From Eledone cirrhosa (Eukaryota): DNA of 64,000 nucleotides. The stretch's first letter is position 1; every line of letters starts with the position of its first letter. Shown here one piece after another: positions 35,631 through 48,604 of the stretch. The position numbers and the translations under genes were made by a program. The notes beneath the pieces were generated by a model. The model was not told where the DNA came from and did not search any database. It saw only the letters and a list, made by a program, of their open reading frames with translations. The stretch covers positions 186,620,001 through 186,684,000 of the forward strand of contig OZ024742.1 of NCBI GenBank assembly GCA_964016885.1. Reading direction: 5' to 3'.

Positions 35631-36111
35631 CTAGCAAAAAAACCACCCTTCGGGTGGTTTTCTGTAGAGCATGTGTAGTGTGTATATTGAAATTATACGC
35701 AGGTATATATACATGTAGATATGATACATCAAATAAAATCGTAATTGACAATATATAATACATAGAAATTGAACGAAGACTGCGTTACACTGTCTTATTT
35801 AATCAATAACGCAATCCATGATTAAAAAAGACGATATTATATATAAACTGCATTAGGAGAAAATTAGTGACAGAAAATTAGTATGTTTATTTAAGCGATG
35901 GCCAACCGGAAGTGTTGACATTTCAGAAATTTTAAAGAAGTGAATCTTTAAATAAACAAAATATATTTAATCAACAGCCACGACATTTAGTAGATAAATT
36001 ATGTAATATTCATTCATTATTTATTCAAAATAATCCAACTTATTTTACTAATGGGATAAACAATTATAAACCGTACGCAGTCTCGCGCTCCTTACTTTAT
36101 TATAGTTTAGA
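35631..36111 (-). mobile_element. Non-autonomous Helitron-like element
   Basis: Minus strand A|TCTAAACTATAATAAAG ... AAACCACCC-GAA-GGGTGGTTT hairpin ... CTAG|T. Confidence 0.75.
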
Positions 36112-36114
36112 TTG

Positions 36115-36146
<32 letters not shown>

Positions 36147-37171
36147 ATAAAGTCAGACAGTAACAGGGAACAAGCTAACTTCTATTTTAGCTGCTACTAC
36201 CACCAAACCACCAATGAAGAGGGAGAGAGAGAGAGAGAAACAATGTGAATTTTTATATATATGTAAAGTATGTTCTCTAATACCCCCTTTTAATCAATAT
36301 ACACCTTCATTTTATTATATACTTTTTATCATTTTTCCTGTAGCATGAAGAAGTCGAAATATTTATCGGCTGAAACCGGTACTATAAATTATTTAAAAAA
36401 AATGATTTGTTGTTATTCTGTGAGAATCCTATTAGCATTTATTTTTTTATTATTTTGGTAATATATATACCACAACAAAAATGTATCTTTTGTCGTACTA
36501 CTAGTCGGAGCAGCAGATCGATACTGGAGTCGGATCTATAACTCCTATGGCCAATCATCTGATGGACTACGCGGTATGTGTAAGGTACAGTAAATAAAAA
36601 AAAAACATTATTTCTTTTCTGTAGAGATGACTTTTTCGATGTGCTGGAACGCATCCCTATCTATTTCATATGTTATAATGGGTTTTTTATACGGTAATTC
36701 GATATACGGTAAGGGTTTCAGGAACGCATATATACCGTATATATATATGAACAAATTATAATTTGATTTCTCGCTTTCACGAAACGGGTTACATAAATGT
36801 ATTTATGAATTTTACATCGAATAATAATAATAATATTCGATTCGTTTGTAAGCAAACAGCTTCATTCTTCCTTACGCAATGTAGTGAAGATGATCACCAT
36901 CGTCCGTTCATTCTAGCAGTGGCACAGAGAAACAGTCAACATGTTTCTGGGTTATTGACCTTTGTCAAGACTGTTTATCTCTTTATCACTCGCTTGAACT
37001 GTTGAAAATATATAGCAATTCCTCAAGTATGCATCGGCTTATTAGTCTCATTTGCATACCGAGAAATTTTACGGCTGGCTTTGCCGAACATGTAAACAAA
37101 ATTATAATTTGATTTCTCGCTCTCACATAGCGGATTACATAAATGTATTTATGAGTTTTATGTCGACTAAT

Positions 37172-37593
37172 AATAATTGTTTCTACTTTTGGCACAAGGC
37201 CAGCAATTACCCAGTGCATTGCTGGTACTTTATTTTATCGATCCCCGTAAGGATGAAAGGCAAAGTTAACCTCGGCGGGATTTGAACTCAGAATGGCAAG
37301 GGCCGTAACTCTATGCGTCAAAGCATGGTGTCCAACCCTCTACCGATACTGCCAATCCAATCGACTGATAATAATGGTTTCTTATATAGGCACAAGGCCA
37401 GCAATTTTGGGGGTGGGAAAAGTCGATTATATCGAACCCCCAGTGCGTTACTGGTACTTTATTTTATCGACTCCGTAAGGATGAAAGGCAAAGTTAACCT
37501 CGGCGGGATTTGAACCCAGATCATAAAGGGCCGTAACTCTATGCTGCAAAGCATGGCGTCCGACCCTCTACCGATACTGCCAATCCACCGCCC
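37172..37593 (-). mobile_element. Two head-to-tail SINE type 1 copies
   Basis: Same motifs; inserted in the second copy of an old local duplication whose empty paralogue is at about 36750-36945. Confidence 0.9.
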
Positions 37594-37996
37594 TCAATAT
37601 CGAATAATAATAGTAATATTTGATTCGTTTCCAAGCAAACAGCCTCATTATCCTATGTTTTTAAATGACCACTGTCATCCATTCATTCTAGCAGTGGCAT
37701 AGAGAAACAGTCAACATATTGACTATATTGTGATTCTGCCCGTCGAGTTACCATATTTGGTGAATATATTTTTGTGTCTTAATGACAGGACATCTAGTCT
37801 TATCATGAAAAGTAACTTAAAATGAAAGGTCTTCCCCAAGAAGACAACGCACAAAGCAGTCGAACAATTGATTCGACGGCATTATGATCGTGAGCGCAAC
37901 ACACTAACCACTACACTTCGCTCCTTCACTTTCTACGTATACCTTTCTTTAAGTCACACTGTCGCTTTATATGTTGTTATATTTCAAAATTGTGAA

Positions 37997-38315
37997 GGCG
38001 TGTGGCTGTGTGGTTAGGGTATTCGGCTTACGATCGTAAGCTTGTGTGTTCGATTCCCGGCGACGCGCTGTGTCCTTGAGCAAGACACTTTATTTCACGT
38101 TGCTCCAGTCCACTCAGCTGGCAAAAATGAGTTGTACCTGTAATTCGAAGGACCAGCCTTGTCAGTTTCTGTGTCACGCTGAATCTCCCTGAGAACTACG
38201 TTAAGGGTACGCGTGTCTGTCCAATGCTCCGCCACTTGCACGTTAATTTCATGAGCAGGCTGTTCCGTTGATCGGATCAACTGGAACACTCATCGCCGTA
38301 ACCGACGGAGTGCCT
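37997..38315 (+). mobile_element. tRNA-derived SINE type 2
   Basis: TGGCTGTGTGG A box, GTTCGATTCC B box, TGTGTCCTTGAGCAAGACACTT core; related fragments at about 48020-48110 (-) and 48560-48600 (+). Confidence 0.85.
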
Positions 38316-38807
38316 CAGTTATATTACGAATGTTTTTTTCCCTACAAACTATAAACTAATCATTAGAAAGACGTCTTTATAACCGATCGATCAACAGCTC
38401 TTTCTCTCTCCCTCTCCCGCCTTCTCTCTCTCCCACTCACATTCTCCCTCTTCTTGTCTCGGTGGAAAATCGTTGGATATTTTGGTGTTCTGTCCACTTG
38501 AAAGACAATCCTTCTTGTTTCAAGTAACAGCTGAAGATTATCGGTTCCAACATTTATTTATATCTATTGAACCATTTCAATGACTTGATATTCAGCTATC
38601 AACTTTCAAAACCCACTTTTGCTATAAACCTGATGTACATGCACCCATCTGTTGTAGATCGTTGCTGGTTGTTGACTTACACTCTACAGGGTATTAGCTG
38701 CCATAATGCTTCTATGTTTGGTTGTGTAGTATTATGAATAACACAAACATATATATATACTATAAGAATAAAAGAACAAAGATTCAGTGTTGCATCATAA
38801 CATATTT

Positions 38808-38875
<68 letters not shown>

Positions 38876-39478
38876 AGCAGGCCTAGAGAGGAGATGGGCC
38901 TAGCCAGGCTTAAGTTGTCCTAGAAACGCCGCATGTTAATTCGCGCCCCAACGACCCCATCAGGGGTGAGATAGTGAGAGCGCGTGTTTTAGTGGTTAGG
39001 TTGAATCTTGTGTCATTGTGTGACTTCAGTCATGACATTTCCTCGCACACATGTAAGTCTGGGCAAGATGTTTTATGGAAGATCTGCATGCCAATCTCCC
39101 ATCTCTGTCACACCAATGTTGTCCAAAAAGATAGTGCCGATACAACATGGCACCAATGTCCTTGCAACTCACACCTTTCATAAATACCAAAGACCCCGTT
39201 ATGTTGCAGTCATGGCATGGCCGAGTGGTTAAAAAGCGCTCTTGGGTTTGATCTCATTTAACAAGTGTTTTGACCATAGCCTCGGGTCGAACTAAATCAT
39301 GTGAAATGGGAAGAAGCACGTCAAATTAACTAGAATAGTAATTAAAATAATCAGCTGTGTCACATATCGTGTCATGTTCATTTGTCCGAGGAATACTCAA
39401 CCACGTACATCATGTCTTACACCATGTCTCACATTTTGTTCATTAAGATCATATCTATAAAGTAATAAGTTGAAGTAG

Positions 39479-40037
39479 ACCGGAACTGTCACCATTCCAT
39501 CAATTCACCAACCGGAACTGACAACATTCCACCAATTCACCAACTGGAACTGACACCATTCCATCAATTCACCAACCGGAACTATCACCATTCTATAAAT
39601 TCACCAACCGGAACTGACGCCATCCCACCAATTCATCAAGCGGAACTGACGCCATTCCACCAATTCGCCAACCGGAACTGTCAACATTCCATCAATTTAC
39701 CAACCGGAACTGACAACATTCCATTAATTCACCAACCGGAACTGACACCATTCCATCAATATACCAACCAGAACTGTCACCATTCCATCAATTCACCAAC
39801 CGGAAGTGTCACCGTTCCATCAATTCACCAACCGGAACTGACACCATTCCATCAATATACCAACCAGAACTGTCACCATTCCATCAATTCACCAACCGGA
39901 AGTGTCACCGTTCCATCAATTCACCAACCGGAACTGACACCATTCCATCAATATACCAACCAGAACTGTCACCATTCCATCAATTCACCAACCGGAAGTG
40001 TCACCGTTCCATCAATTCACCACCCTGGACTGTCACT
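39479..40037. repeat. 32-bp minisatellite, about 17 copies
   Basis: Unit ACCGGAACTGTCACCATTCCATCAATTCACCA. Confidence 0.95.
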
Positions 40038-40254
40038 TTATTTTATCAGTAGAAGGATGAAAGACTTAGTTGATTTCAGCAGAATTTGATCAGAGAACGT
40101 AAAAATCCTGATCTAACACAGAAAGACATTTTGTTTGATGCTCCAGCGACTCTGCCAATCCAATGTTATCCTCTGTTGGCCCTACTTGTCAATATTGATT
40201 TTACTGAAGATTGTTGTTCTTGGTGTTCATATTTATTTGTCTGTTCCTCTTAGG

Positions 40255-42115
40255 AGCTGTTACTGCTGTTGCTGCTGTTGTTGTAACTGCTGTTATTGTT
40301 GTAGCCGTTGTTGTTGTAACTGTTGTTGTTATTGTTGTAGTTGTTGTTGTAACTGTTGTTATTGTTGTAGTTGTTATTGTAGTCGTTGTAGCTGTTGTTG
40401 CTGTAGCTGTTGTTGTTGTTGTAGCTTTTGTTGTTGTTGTAGCTGCTGTTGTTGTTGTAGCCGCTGTTGCTGTTGTAGCTGTTGTTGTTGTTGCAGCTTT
40501 TGTTGCTGTAGCTGTTGTTGTTGTTGTTGTTGTTGTTGTAGCTGTTGTTGTTGTTGTAGCCGTTGTTGTTGTTGTTGTTGTTGCTGAAGCTGCCGTTGTT
40601 GTAGCTGTTGTTGTTGTTGATGCAGCTGTTGTTGATGTAGCTGTTGTTGCTGTAGCTGTTGTTGTTTTTGCAGCTTTTGTTGTTGTAGCTGTTGTTTTTG
40701 TTGTTGTTGTAGCTGTTGTTGTTGTTGTTGTTGTTGATGTAGTTGTTGTTGTAGTTATTGCTGTTGTTGTTGTTGTTGTAGCTGGTGTTGATGCAGCTTT
40801 TGTTGTAGCTGTTGTTGTAGCTTTTGTTGTTGTTGTAGCTGCTGTTGCTGATGTAGCGGTTGTTGTTGCAGCTTTTGTTGTTGTAGCTGTTGTTGTTGTT
40901 GTTGTAGCTGGTGTTGTAGCTTTTGTTGTTGTTGCAGCTTTTGTTGTCGTAGCTGTTGTTGTAGTAGCTGTTGTTGTTGTAGCTGTTGTTGTTGTAACTA
41001 CTGATATATCTGTTATCATTGTTGAAGCTACTGTTGTTGTTGTAGCTGTTATTGTTGTTATTTAGTCCCATGTCTAAATGTTAAGCACTCTGTTTGAGTT
41101 TGGTTTTAATGTTTCCGCCATCCATTTTAGAGGAATCAATATCGACAAGTAGGAGCAAGAGACGGTAACACAGAACGGAAACAATAAACTAAACAATAAA
41201 CTGAACAATAAACTAAACAATAAACTGAACAATAAACTAAACAATAAACTGAACAATAAACTAAACAATAAACTGAACAATAAACTGAACAACAAAGTAA
41301 ACAACAAAGTAAACAACAAAGTAAGCACAAAAGTAAACAATAAAGTAAACAATAAAATAAACAACAAAGTAAACAACAAAGAAAACAACAAAGTAAACAA
41401 TAACTCAAACAATAAAGTAAACAATAAAGTAAACAATAATATGAAGAATAAAGTAACCGGCAAAGCAAACAACAAAGCAAACAATAAAGTAAACAACACA
41501 GTAAACAATAAAGCAACCGATAAAGTAAACAATAAAGTAAACAATAAAGTAAACAACAAAGTAAACAACAAAGTAAACAATAGACCACACAAAGAACACC
41601 ATTGGTAGAAATAGCAATATAAACAACTACAACATCAACATCATCAACAACAACAACATCAACATCAACATCAACAAGATCATCATAAAAACATCAATAA
41701 CATCAACATCACCAACAATATCAACATCAACAGCAACATCAACATCAACAGCAACATCAACAACATCAACAACATCAACAACATGACCATCACCAACAAT
41801 ATCAACATCAACATCAACATCAACAGCAACATCAACATGCAAATCAACATCAACATCAACAGCAACATCAACAACACCATCAACATCAACAGCAACAGCA
41901 ACAACAGCAACAACAACAACAACAACACCAACAACAACAGCATGAATATCATCAACAACATCAACAACATCATCAACAACAACAACAGCAACAACAACAA
42001 AAACAACAACAACATGAATATCATCAACAACATCATCAACTACATCAACAACAACATCAACAATAACAACAACAACACCATCAACATCATCAACAGCAGC
42101 AACATCAACAACTAC
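40255..42115. repeat. Low-complexity block: GTT-rich, then 12-bp AACAATAAAGTA minisatellite (about 41180-41580), then CAA/CAT-rich
   Basis: Read directly. Confidence 0.9.
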
Positions 42116-42231
42116 TTATGTACAAGTGAAGTGGCGGGGAACTGCACAAAGAAACAACGAAAAAAAACTAGATAATAAAATACAAAATTGAAACAATGGA
42201 ATTCAATGGATTCAAAAGTACAATAACCTCA

Positions 42232-42408
42232 AGGCACAAGGTCAGCAATGATCCCTGTACATTACTGGTGCTTTATTTTATCGACCCCCGTAAGGATGAA
42301 AGGCAAAGTTAACCTCGGCACGATTTGAACTCAGACCATAAAGGGCCGTAACTCTATGCTTCAAAGCATGGCGCCCGACCCCCTACCGATACTGCCAATC
42401 CACCACCC
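42232..42408 (-). mobile_element. SINE type 1
   Basis: Same core and head motifs. Confidence 0.85.
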
Positions 42409-42631
42409 TCAACAATATTAATAAAAATGTCACGACAACAACAATAACAACATCTATAAGCGCAACAACAACCCAAAATGCAACATAACTACTATTTTAC
42501 AACAAGAAATATAAATACAATAACAACCACAAATGCAACAATAACTACTACTACAACAACACTAACTAACAGCAGTAATAATAACAACTATGGTTGTTAT
42601 AGAATAAAACAGCCACGTAGAATGAAGTGTT

Positions 42632-42698
<67 letters not shown>

Positions 42699-42767
42699 GA
42701 GAAGAAAGAGGAATACTGTGTGGTTGCACATGGGTTACATAGTATAAAATTAGTCCCTCGTCAGTGG

Positions 42768-42803
<36 letters not shown>

Positions 42804-42845
42804 CACATATATATATATATATATATAATATATATATGTGTGTGC

Positions 42846-42878
<33 letters not shown>

Positions 42879-42991
42879 ACACATGTATATATATAATATA
42901 TATATATACGTGTGCATATATATATATATATATATATACATGTATATATATATAATTAAGTTAAAAATATATATATATATATGTATGTATA

Positions 42992-43054
<63 letters not shown>

Positions 43055-43165
43055 CATATATATATAATATATATATATGTGTGCATATATATATATATAC
43101 ATATATATATTATATATACATACACATATATATATATACACACACACATATATATTTATATTATG

Positions 43166-43265
<100 letters not shown>

Positions 43266-43327
43266 CATATATATACATATATATACATATATATATATAC
43301 ATATATACATATATATAAATACACACT

Positions 43328-43363
<36 letters not shown>

Positions 43364-43435
43364 CACATTCAAATATATGTATATATATATGTATATATAT
43401 ATACATATATTCATGTATATATATATGTTTATGTC

Positions 43436-44041
43436 AGGTCACCAGTTGGTGCTACTGGTAACATGTATCCCAGTACAACCCGTCCCATGGTCGGGTCGTT
43501 GGCGACTAAACTGGCAACCCCACCAAGGTTTCTTGGTGAGGAGGGTAACTTTGGACATCCTGCAGGTCTAAAAACAAAACCTGTCAAAGGGCAAAGGAGC
43601 TCTTAAGAGTCAATGGCCATCCAAAATCACCGAGAGAGATGACCCCTTAGCCTTTGTCAAGGCAGAATTTTAGGAGAAGGAAAACTCTTATATAACACCT
43701 GCAAGCCTGATGGTATCCAATGATGTTGACTTGTTCTTCTTTTTGGTAAATATCATCTTGGTTAAGAGAGTGGGACTGGCTTTGTGCAGTGCCTTTGCTC
43801 ACTATAAAAGCTTCACGTCACAGGCATTGCTTTGTATCTGGATATCTCTCTGCACTTGTCGTCACATGGCACCATGGGCCCAGCACTATGTGTCAATAAT
43901 TGTCACGAGTGTAGTGTTTGTACCAGAGTTTTCAAGTCGCTGGCTGGACTAAAAAGTCACACTCGTTCAGCGCATCGGTAGGGGTTCTCCTACATGGATA
44001 TAAAGTAGTGGCCGTACTCGAAAACGAGTTGGCAGCCACCA
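43436..44041 (+). mobile_element. Non-autonomous element with RTE-like 5'UTR (second copy at 60865-61286)
   Basis: TAGGAGAAGGAAAACTCT motif, which I recognise from RTE-clade 5'UTRs; about 400 bp shared with the 60.9-61.3 kb copy; no RT ORF. Confidence 0.65.
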
Positions 44042-44436
44042 TATATATATATATGATTTTATGAAATATAGGTTAATTATTAAGCCGTTTAGATTGGTGG
44101 CAGAAGTAGGATGTGGAGAAAACATCAGAACAACAACAACAACAACAACAACAACAGAGCAACAACCAGTACAACAGTAGTAGCAACAGCAGCAACAACA
44201 GAAGAGGGGAGGGGGAGAAAAAGAAGAAGAAGAGGTGCAGTAACAGTAGTAGCAGCAGTCACCACCAGCACATAAGTAGCAGCAGCAGCAACAACGACGA
44301 CAACAACAATATCAACAACAATAGCTGCAGTAGAAACAATAGCAACTACAGATGTATAAGTGGCTACTTATGATATTAAAAATATAGAAATCCTGATGAA
44401 TTTGATGATGATGATGACGATGATGATGATGATATC

Positions 44437-44872
44437 ATTGGTTCTAATTTAGGCACAAAGCCAGCAATTTTATAGGAGAGGAAAATCGACCCCAGTGCGC
44501 GACTTTTACTTTATTTTATCGACCCTATAAGGAGGAAAGGTAAAGCTAACCTCGGAGAGATTCGAACTCAGAACATAAAGGGCCGTAACTCTATGCTGCA
44601 AACCATGTTGTCTGGCGCTCTACCGATATTGCCAATGCACCATCCAATAGTAATAATAATGGTTTTTGATTTAGGCACAAGGCCAGCAATTTTGGGAGAG
44701 GGGAGAATCTATTAAATCAACCCCAGTGCATTCATTACTGGTACTTTATTTTATCGCCCCTGTAAGGATGAAAGGCAAAGCTAACCACGGAGGGATTTGA
44801 ACTCAGAATGTAAAGGGCCGTAACTATAGGCCACAGACCATGTTTTCCGATACTCTAATGACTCTACCAATT
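44437..44872 (-). mobile_element. Two head-to-tail SINE type 1 copies
   Basis: Same motifs, separated by AGTAATAATAAT. Confidence 0.85.
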
Positions 44873-45059
44873 CGAATCCCAGGGAAACCAACAATCTACG
44901 AGGTTCAAAATTTGTGCTCACATCAACCACTTACCTTTTCAGGAAGTTTCGCTCCATCTAATGTATACGTGCTTTAGGTCTCTGGTGGAGATCCAGACGG
45001 AAGATGAAATAAACTGGAAATCAAACGAAAAATAATAAAAAAAATAATATCAGCAATAA

Positions 45060-45200
45060 TATTTCAAAGATTGCTGTTGAATTGTATAGTCAGTTACTGC
45101 AAAAGACTGTATACATGGGAAAAGCCAGAATTATTTGAAGAGTACTACAGATATTGTGGTTGATGTGTAAGTGTAGGGCCCTTGTTCCTGCAGGGTAATG
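45060..45200 (+). pseudogene. R4/Dong-like 3' end remnant
   Basis: Translates LLQKTVYMGKARII*RVLQI, similar to LQKACLLGTARTLRYVLNI of the 23 kb element. Confidence 0.5.
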
Positions 45201-45271
45201 ATGATGACAAAAGATAAGCCTGAGTATAAAGAAATAATATCAAATAATGATAATACTGATGAAGATAATAT

Positions 45272-45743
45272 TAATTGTTTCTACTTTTGGCACAAGGCCA
45301 GCAATTATCGCAGTGTATTACTGGTATTTTATTTTATCGACCCCGTAAGGATGAAAGGCAAAGTTAACCTCGGCGGGATTTGAACTCAGAATGGCAAGGG
45401 CCGTAAATCTATGTGTCAAAGCATGTCGTCTAACCCTCTACTGATACTGCCAATCCACCGCCCCCAATGAGGATAATAATAATGATGATGATAATTAAAC
45501 TATTTTTTAATAAGTGTTTCTACTTTTGGCACAAGGCCAGCAATTATCCCAGTGTATTACAAATTAATTCTTTCTACTTTAGGCACAAGGCCAGCAATTA
45601 CTCAGCACATTACTGGTACTTTATTTTATCGATCCCGTAAGGATGAAAGGCAAAGTTAACCTCGGCGGGATTTGAACTCAGACTGTAAAAGGACGTAACT
45701 GTGCTAGAAAGCTTGGCGTCCAACCCTCTACCGATACTGCCAA
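45272..45743 (-). mobile_element. SINE type 1 cluster (two copies plus a tail fragment)
   Basis: Same motifs, same orientation. Confidence 0.85.
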
Positions 45744-45759
45744 ATTACAAATTCATGAT

Positions 45760-46110
45760 ACAAAATATGTTAAATATCTGCAAAATATGTTGAGATTTGA
45801 AAGAAACAATTAACCACATTGTGTCTGGTTGTCCAGTCTTAGCAAAAAAAAGTATGTATTACAGATATGATATATTTCATATATTGGACGTTATGTCATT
45901 ATTATGAGATACCAACGAAATAGCGATGGTAGAAACATAGTTAAGAAAATGTCTTAGAAACTGACAAAGGGATCACATGCTCTGGGATATATCAATCCAC
46001 AAACAGTGTGTGATCGAGGCTAATATCCGGATACTGTTATCTAGGACCAGGAAGAAAAGAAGGATCTGTCCCAATATACGATGATATCTCTCTCGAGGAA
46101 ATGGAGGAAT
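45760..46110 (+). pseudogene. R4/Dong-like zinc-knuckle/RLE remnant
   Basis: CKIC*DLKETINHIVSGCPVLA, followed by WTLCHYY and WDISI fragments. Confidence 0.65.
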
Positions 46111-46129
46111 TTCAATCCAATCTAATCCA

Positions 46130-46440
46130 ATCCTGGGCCGTCTCACTTCTATTGGAGTAATTCCTCTCTGGTTGACCTTTAGCGCTTTCTATTTGGTTTT
46201 GTTCATGTCAGGGACGTAGCCGTACTCACTACGTTTGGATAATTGCAGGTTGGTGCGGCTAAGCAACCCATAGTAGGGGTGGATGGCCGCTGATTGAGGA
46301 GTTCATCTGCCCTTTTTACAGCTCTTGATTTTTGTACTGCTGGAGTTCCACTTACTCGGCTCACCTTATAAAGGTCTGGAGGGGAAGTCGGCTTAGTTGC
46401 TGACCACTCGATCATGGAGCAGGTAGTACAGGAGGAATTA
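46130..46440 (-). mobile_element. Diverged relative of the RTE-like 5'UTR at 43436
   Basis: Minus strand CTGTAAAAAGGGCAGATGAACTC..GGCCATCCA aligns with CTGTCAAAGGGCAAAGGAGCTC..GGCCATCCA. Confidence 0.5.
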
Positions 46441-46509
46441 TTGATAGATAACTATCTGGAAATAGAGATAACTAGAGTTTGGAGATTACAACGTACATAA
46501 TATATAAAG

Positions 46510-47424
46510 TTGTTTCTACTTTGGGCACAAGACCAGCAATTATCCCTGTGTATCACTGGTACTTTATTTTATCGACCCCGTAAGGATGAAAGGCAAAGCT
46601 AACCTCGGCGGGATTGGAACTCAAACCGTAAAGAGCCGTAACTCAATAATGCTGCAAAGCATAGCACCCGACACTCTACTGATACTGCCAATCCACAGAA
46701 TATATAATGTACATAACGTAAAAGCTACAGAACTTATAGCGTACAGAACATATAAAGTACACAAAATACAGCACTTGTAACACATAGAACTTATAACGTA
46801 CACAGCGTATAAAGTACAGAAATTATAACGTACAGAACTTATAGCGTACAGAACGTATAACGCAGAGAATGTATAACGTACACGACGTTTAAGTTAGAGC
46901 ACTTATAGCGTACAGAACCTATAGTTTACAGAAATTATAACACACAGAACATATAAGGTACAGAAATAATAGTTTCTGATTTTGGCACAAGGCCAACAAT
47001 TTTGGGGCAGGGAAAAGTCGATTAAATCGAACCCTGTAAATTAATGGTACTTTATTTTATCGACGCCGTAAGGATGAAAGGCAGAGCTAAACTCGGAGGG
47101 ATTTGAACTTAGAACGTAAAGTGCCATAACTCTATGCTGCAAAGCATGTTGTTGTTGTCCGACGCTCTACCAATACTGCCTATCTACCGCCCTACAGAAA
47201 TAATGGTTTGTAGTACAGACACAAAGCCAGCAATTTTTTGGGGAGGGGAAAGTCAATTAAATCGACCCCAGTACGTTACTGATCCTTTATTTTATCGACT
47301 CCGTAAGGATGAAACGCAAAGCTAATATAGGCGGGATCTGAACTAAGGAAGTAAAGGGCTGTAACTCTATGCCACTAAGAATGTTGTTGTCCGACGCTCT
47401 ACCAATACTGCCAATCAACTCCCC
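46510..47424 (-). mobile_element. SINE type 1 cluster (46510-46696, 46967-47192, 47199-47424) with an intervening degenerate ~16-bp tandem repeat
   Basis: Same SINE motifs; ACAGAACTTATAGCGT-like repeats at about 46700-46965. Confidence 0.85.
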
Positions 47425-48114
47425 TACAGAAATGATAAAGGAAGAACTTACAACGTACAGACTTTGTAAGGCACAGAATTTACAATGTACAGAAAATATC
47501 TTTACTAGGATACTAGGCACTGCACATATATTATGTAGAGAATTCTGAATATAAAAGAAAAAAAATATTTAGAAAATATACTTCATCAAACGTTTGACAT
47601 TTGATTTGCTGTTGCCGACATTCAACCAAAGAGACAATAACAAGTTAAAGCAAACATCCAAACCATTGGGATAAGGTTGTGTATGTGGGGTGTGTGTGTG
47701 GTGTGTTGAAAGTGGGAGTCGAGATTGGATGTAAGAGAAGAATAGAAAGAGGGGGAAAGAAAATAAAGATTAACACTTGGGAAAAAGAATTAGTATTCAA
47801 TTCGTTTCTAGATTAAAATGTAAAATTGATGGCGGATTAGTGACGGATTAGATTCAATGAAGCAAACACGAGAATTTAGACTGCGCAGAATAAAATAAAA
47901 GCAGGTCATTTTATCAGAAATTATTTCACTGTTGTCATCTCTAGAAATTTATATACAAATACAATTTGTTGATTCACTAACTAGAGCGGCAACTTATACA
48001 CTGGAATGGAATAGAATGGATTAGAATGGACATCCGTCGGTTTCGATGATGAGTAATCACGTTCCTCAATCAACGGAACAGCTTACTTCTGAAATCAATG
48101 CAGCTGTAACGATT

Positions 48115-48562
48115 AATAGGTCAGTCATATCATAAAATATAATAGGTCAGTCTTGTCACAAAATATAATAGGTCAGTCATGTAATAAAATAAAATAGGTC
48201 AGTCATGTTATAAAATATATGTCACAGAAGGTAATAATAGTCATGTAATAAAATAAAATAGGTCAGTCATGTCATAAAATATAATATGTCACAGAAGGTA
48301 ATAATAGGCCAGTCTTGATACAAACTGTAATAATAGGTCAGTCATGTCACAAAATGTAAAAGGTCAGTTTTGTCTCAAAATATAATAGGTCAATCTTGTC
48401 ACAAAATGTAATAGGTCAGTCTTGTCACAAAATGTAATCCGTCTGTCATGTCACAAAATATAATAGGTATGTCATCTCTTAAAATGTAATAGGTCAGTCA
48501 TGTCACAAAATGTAATAGGTCAGTCATGTCACAAAATGTAATATGTTAGTCTTGTTACAAAA
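48115..48562. repeat. About 26-bp minisatellite
   Basis: Unit AATAGGTCAGTCATGTCACAAAATGT. Confidence 0.9.
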
Positions 48563-48604
48563 TGCGTCACACTGAATCTCTTTGAGAATTACGTTATATG
48601 TACG

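Noticed and set aside
36340-36385. Hammerhead-like CATGAAGA-stem-GAAACCGGTA (weaker cases near 34010 and 53460)
   Set aside because: The conserved core is disrupted; at most decayed remnants, so not called.
37997-38060. tRNA gene (and other SINE heads)
   Set aside because: A and B boxes are present, but they continue into SINE bodies and I cannot form a full cloverleaf.
39479-40037. 32-bp repeats as a CRISPR array
   Set aside because: Units are contiguous with no unique spacers, there are no cas genes, and the context is eukaryotic.
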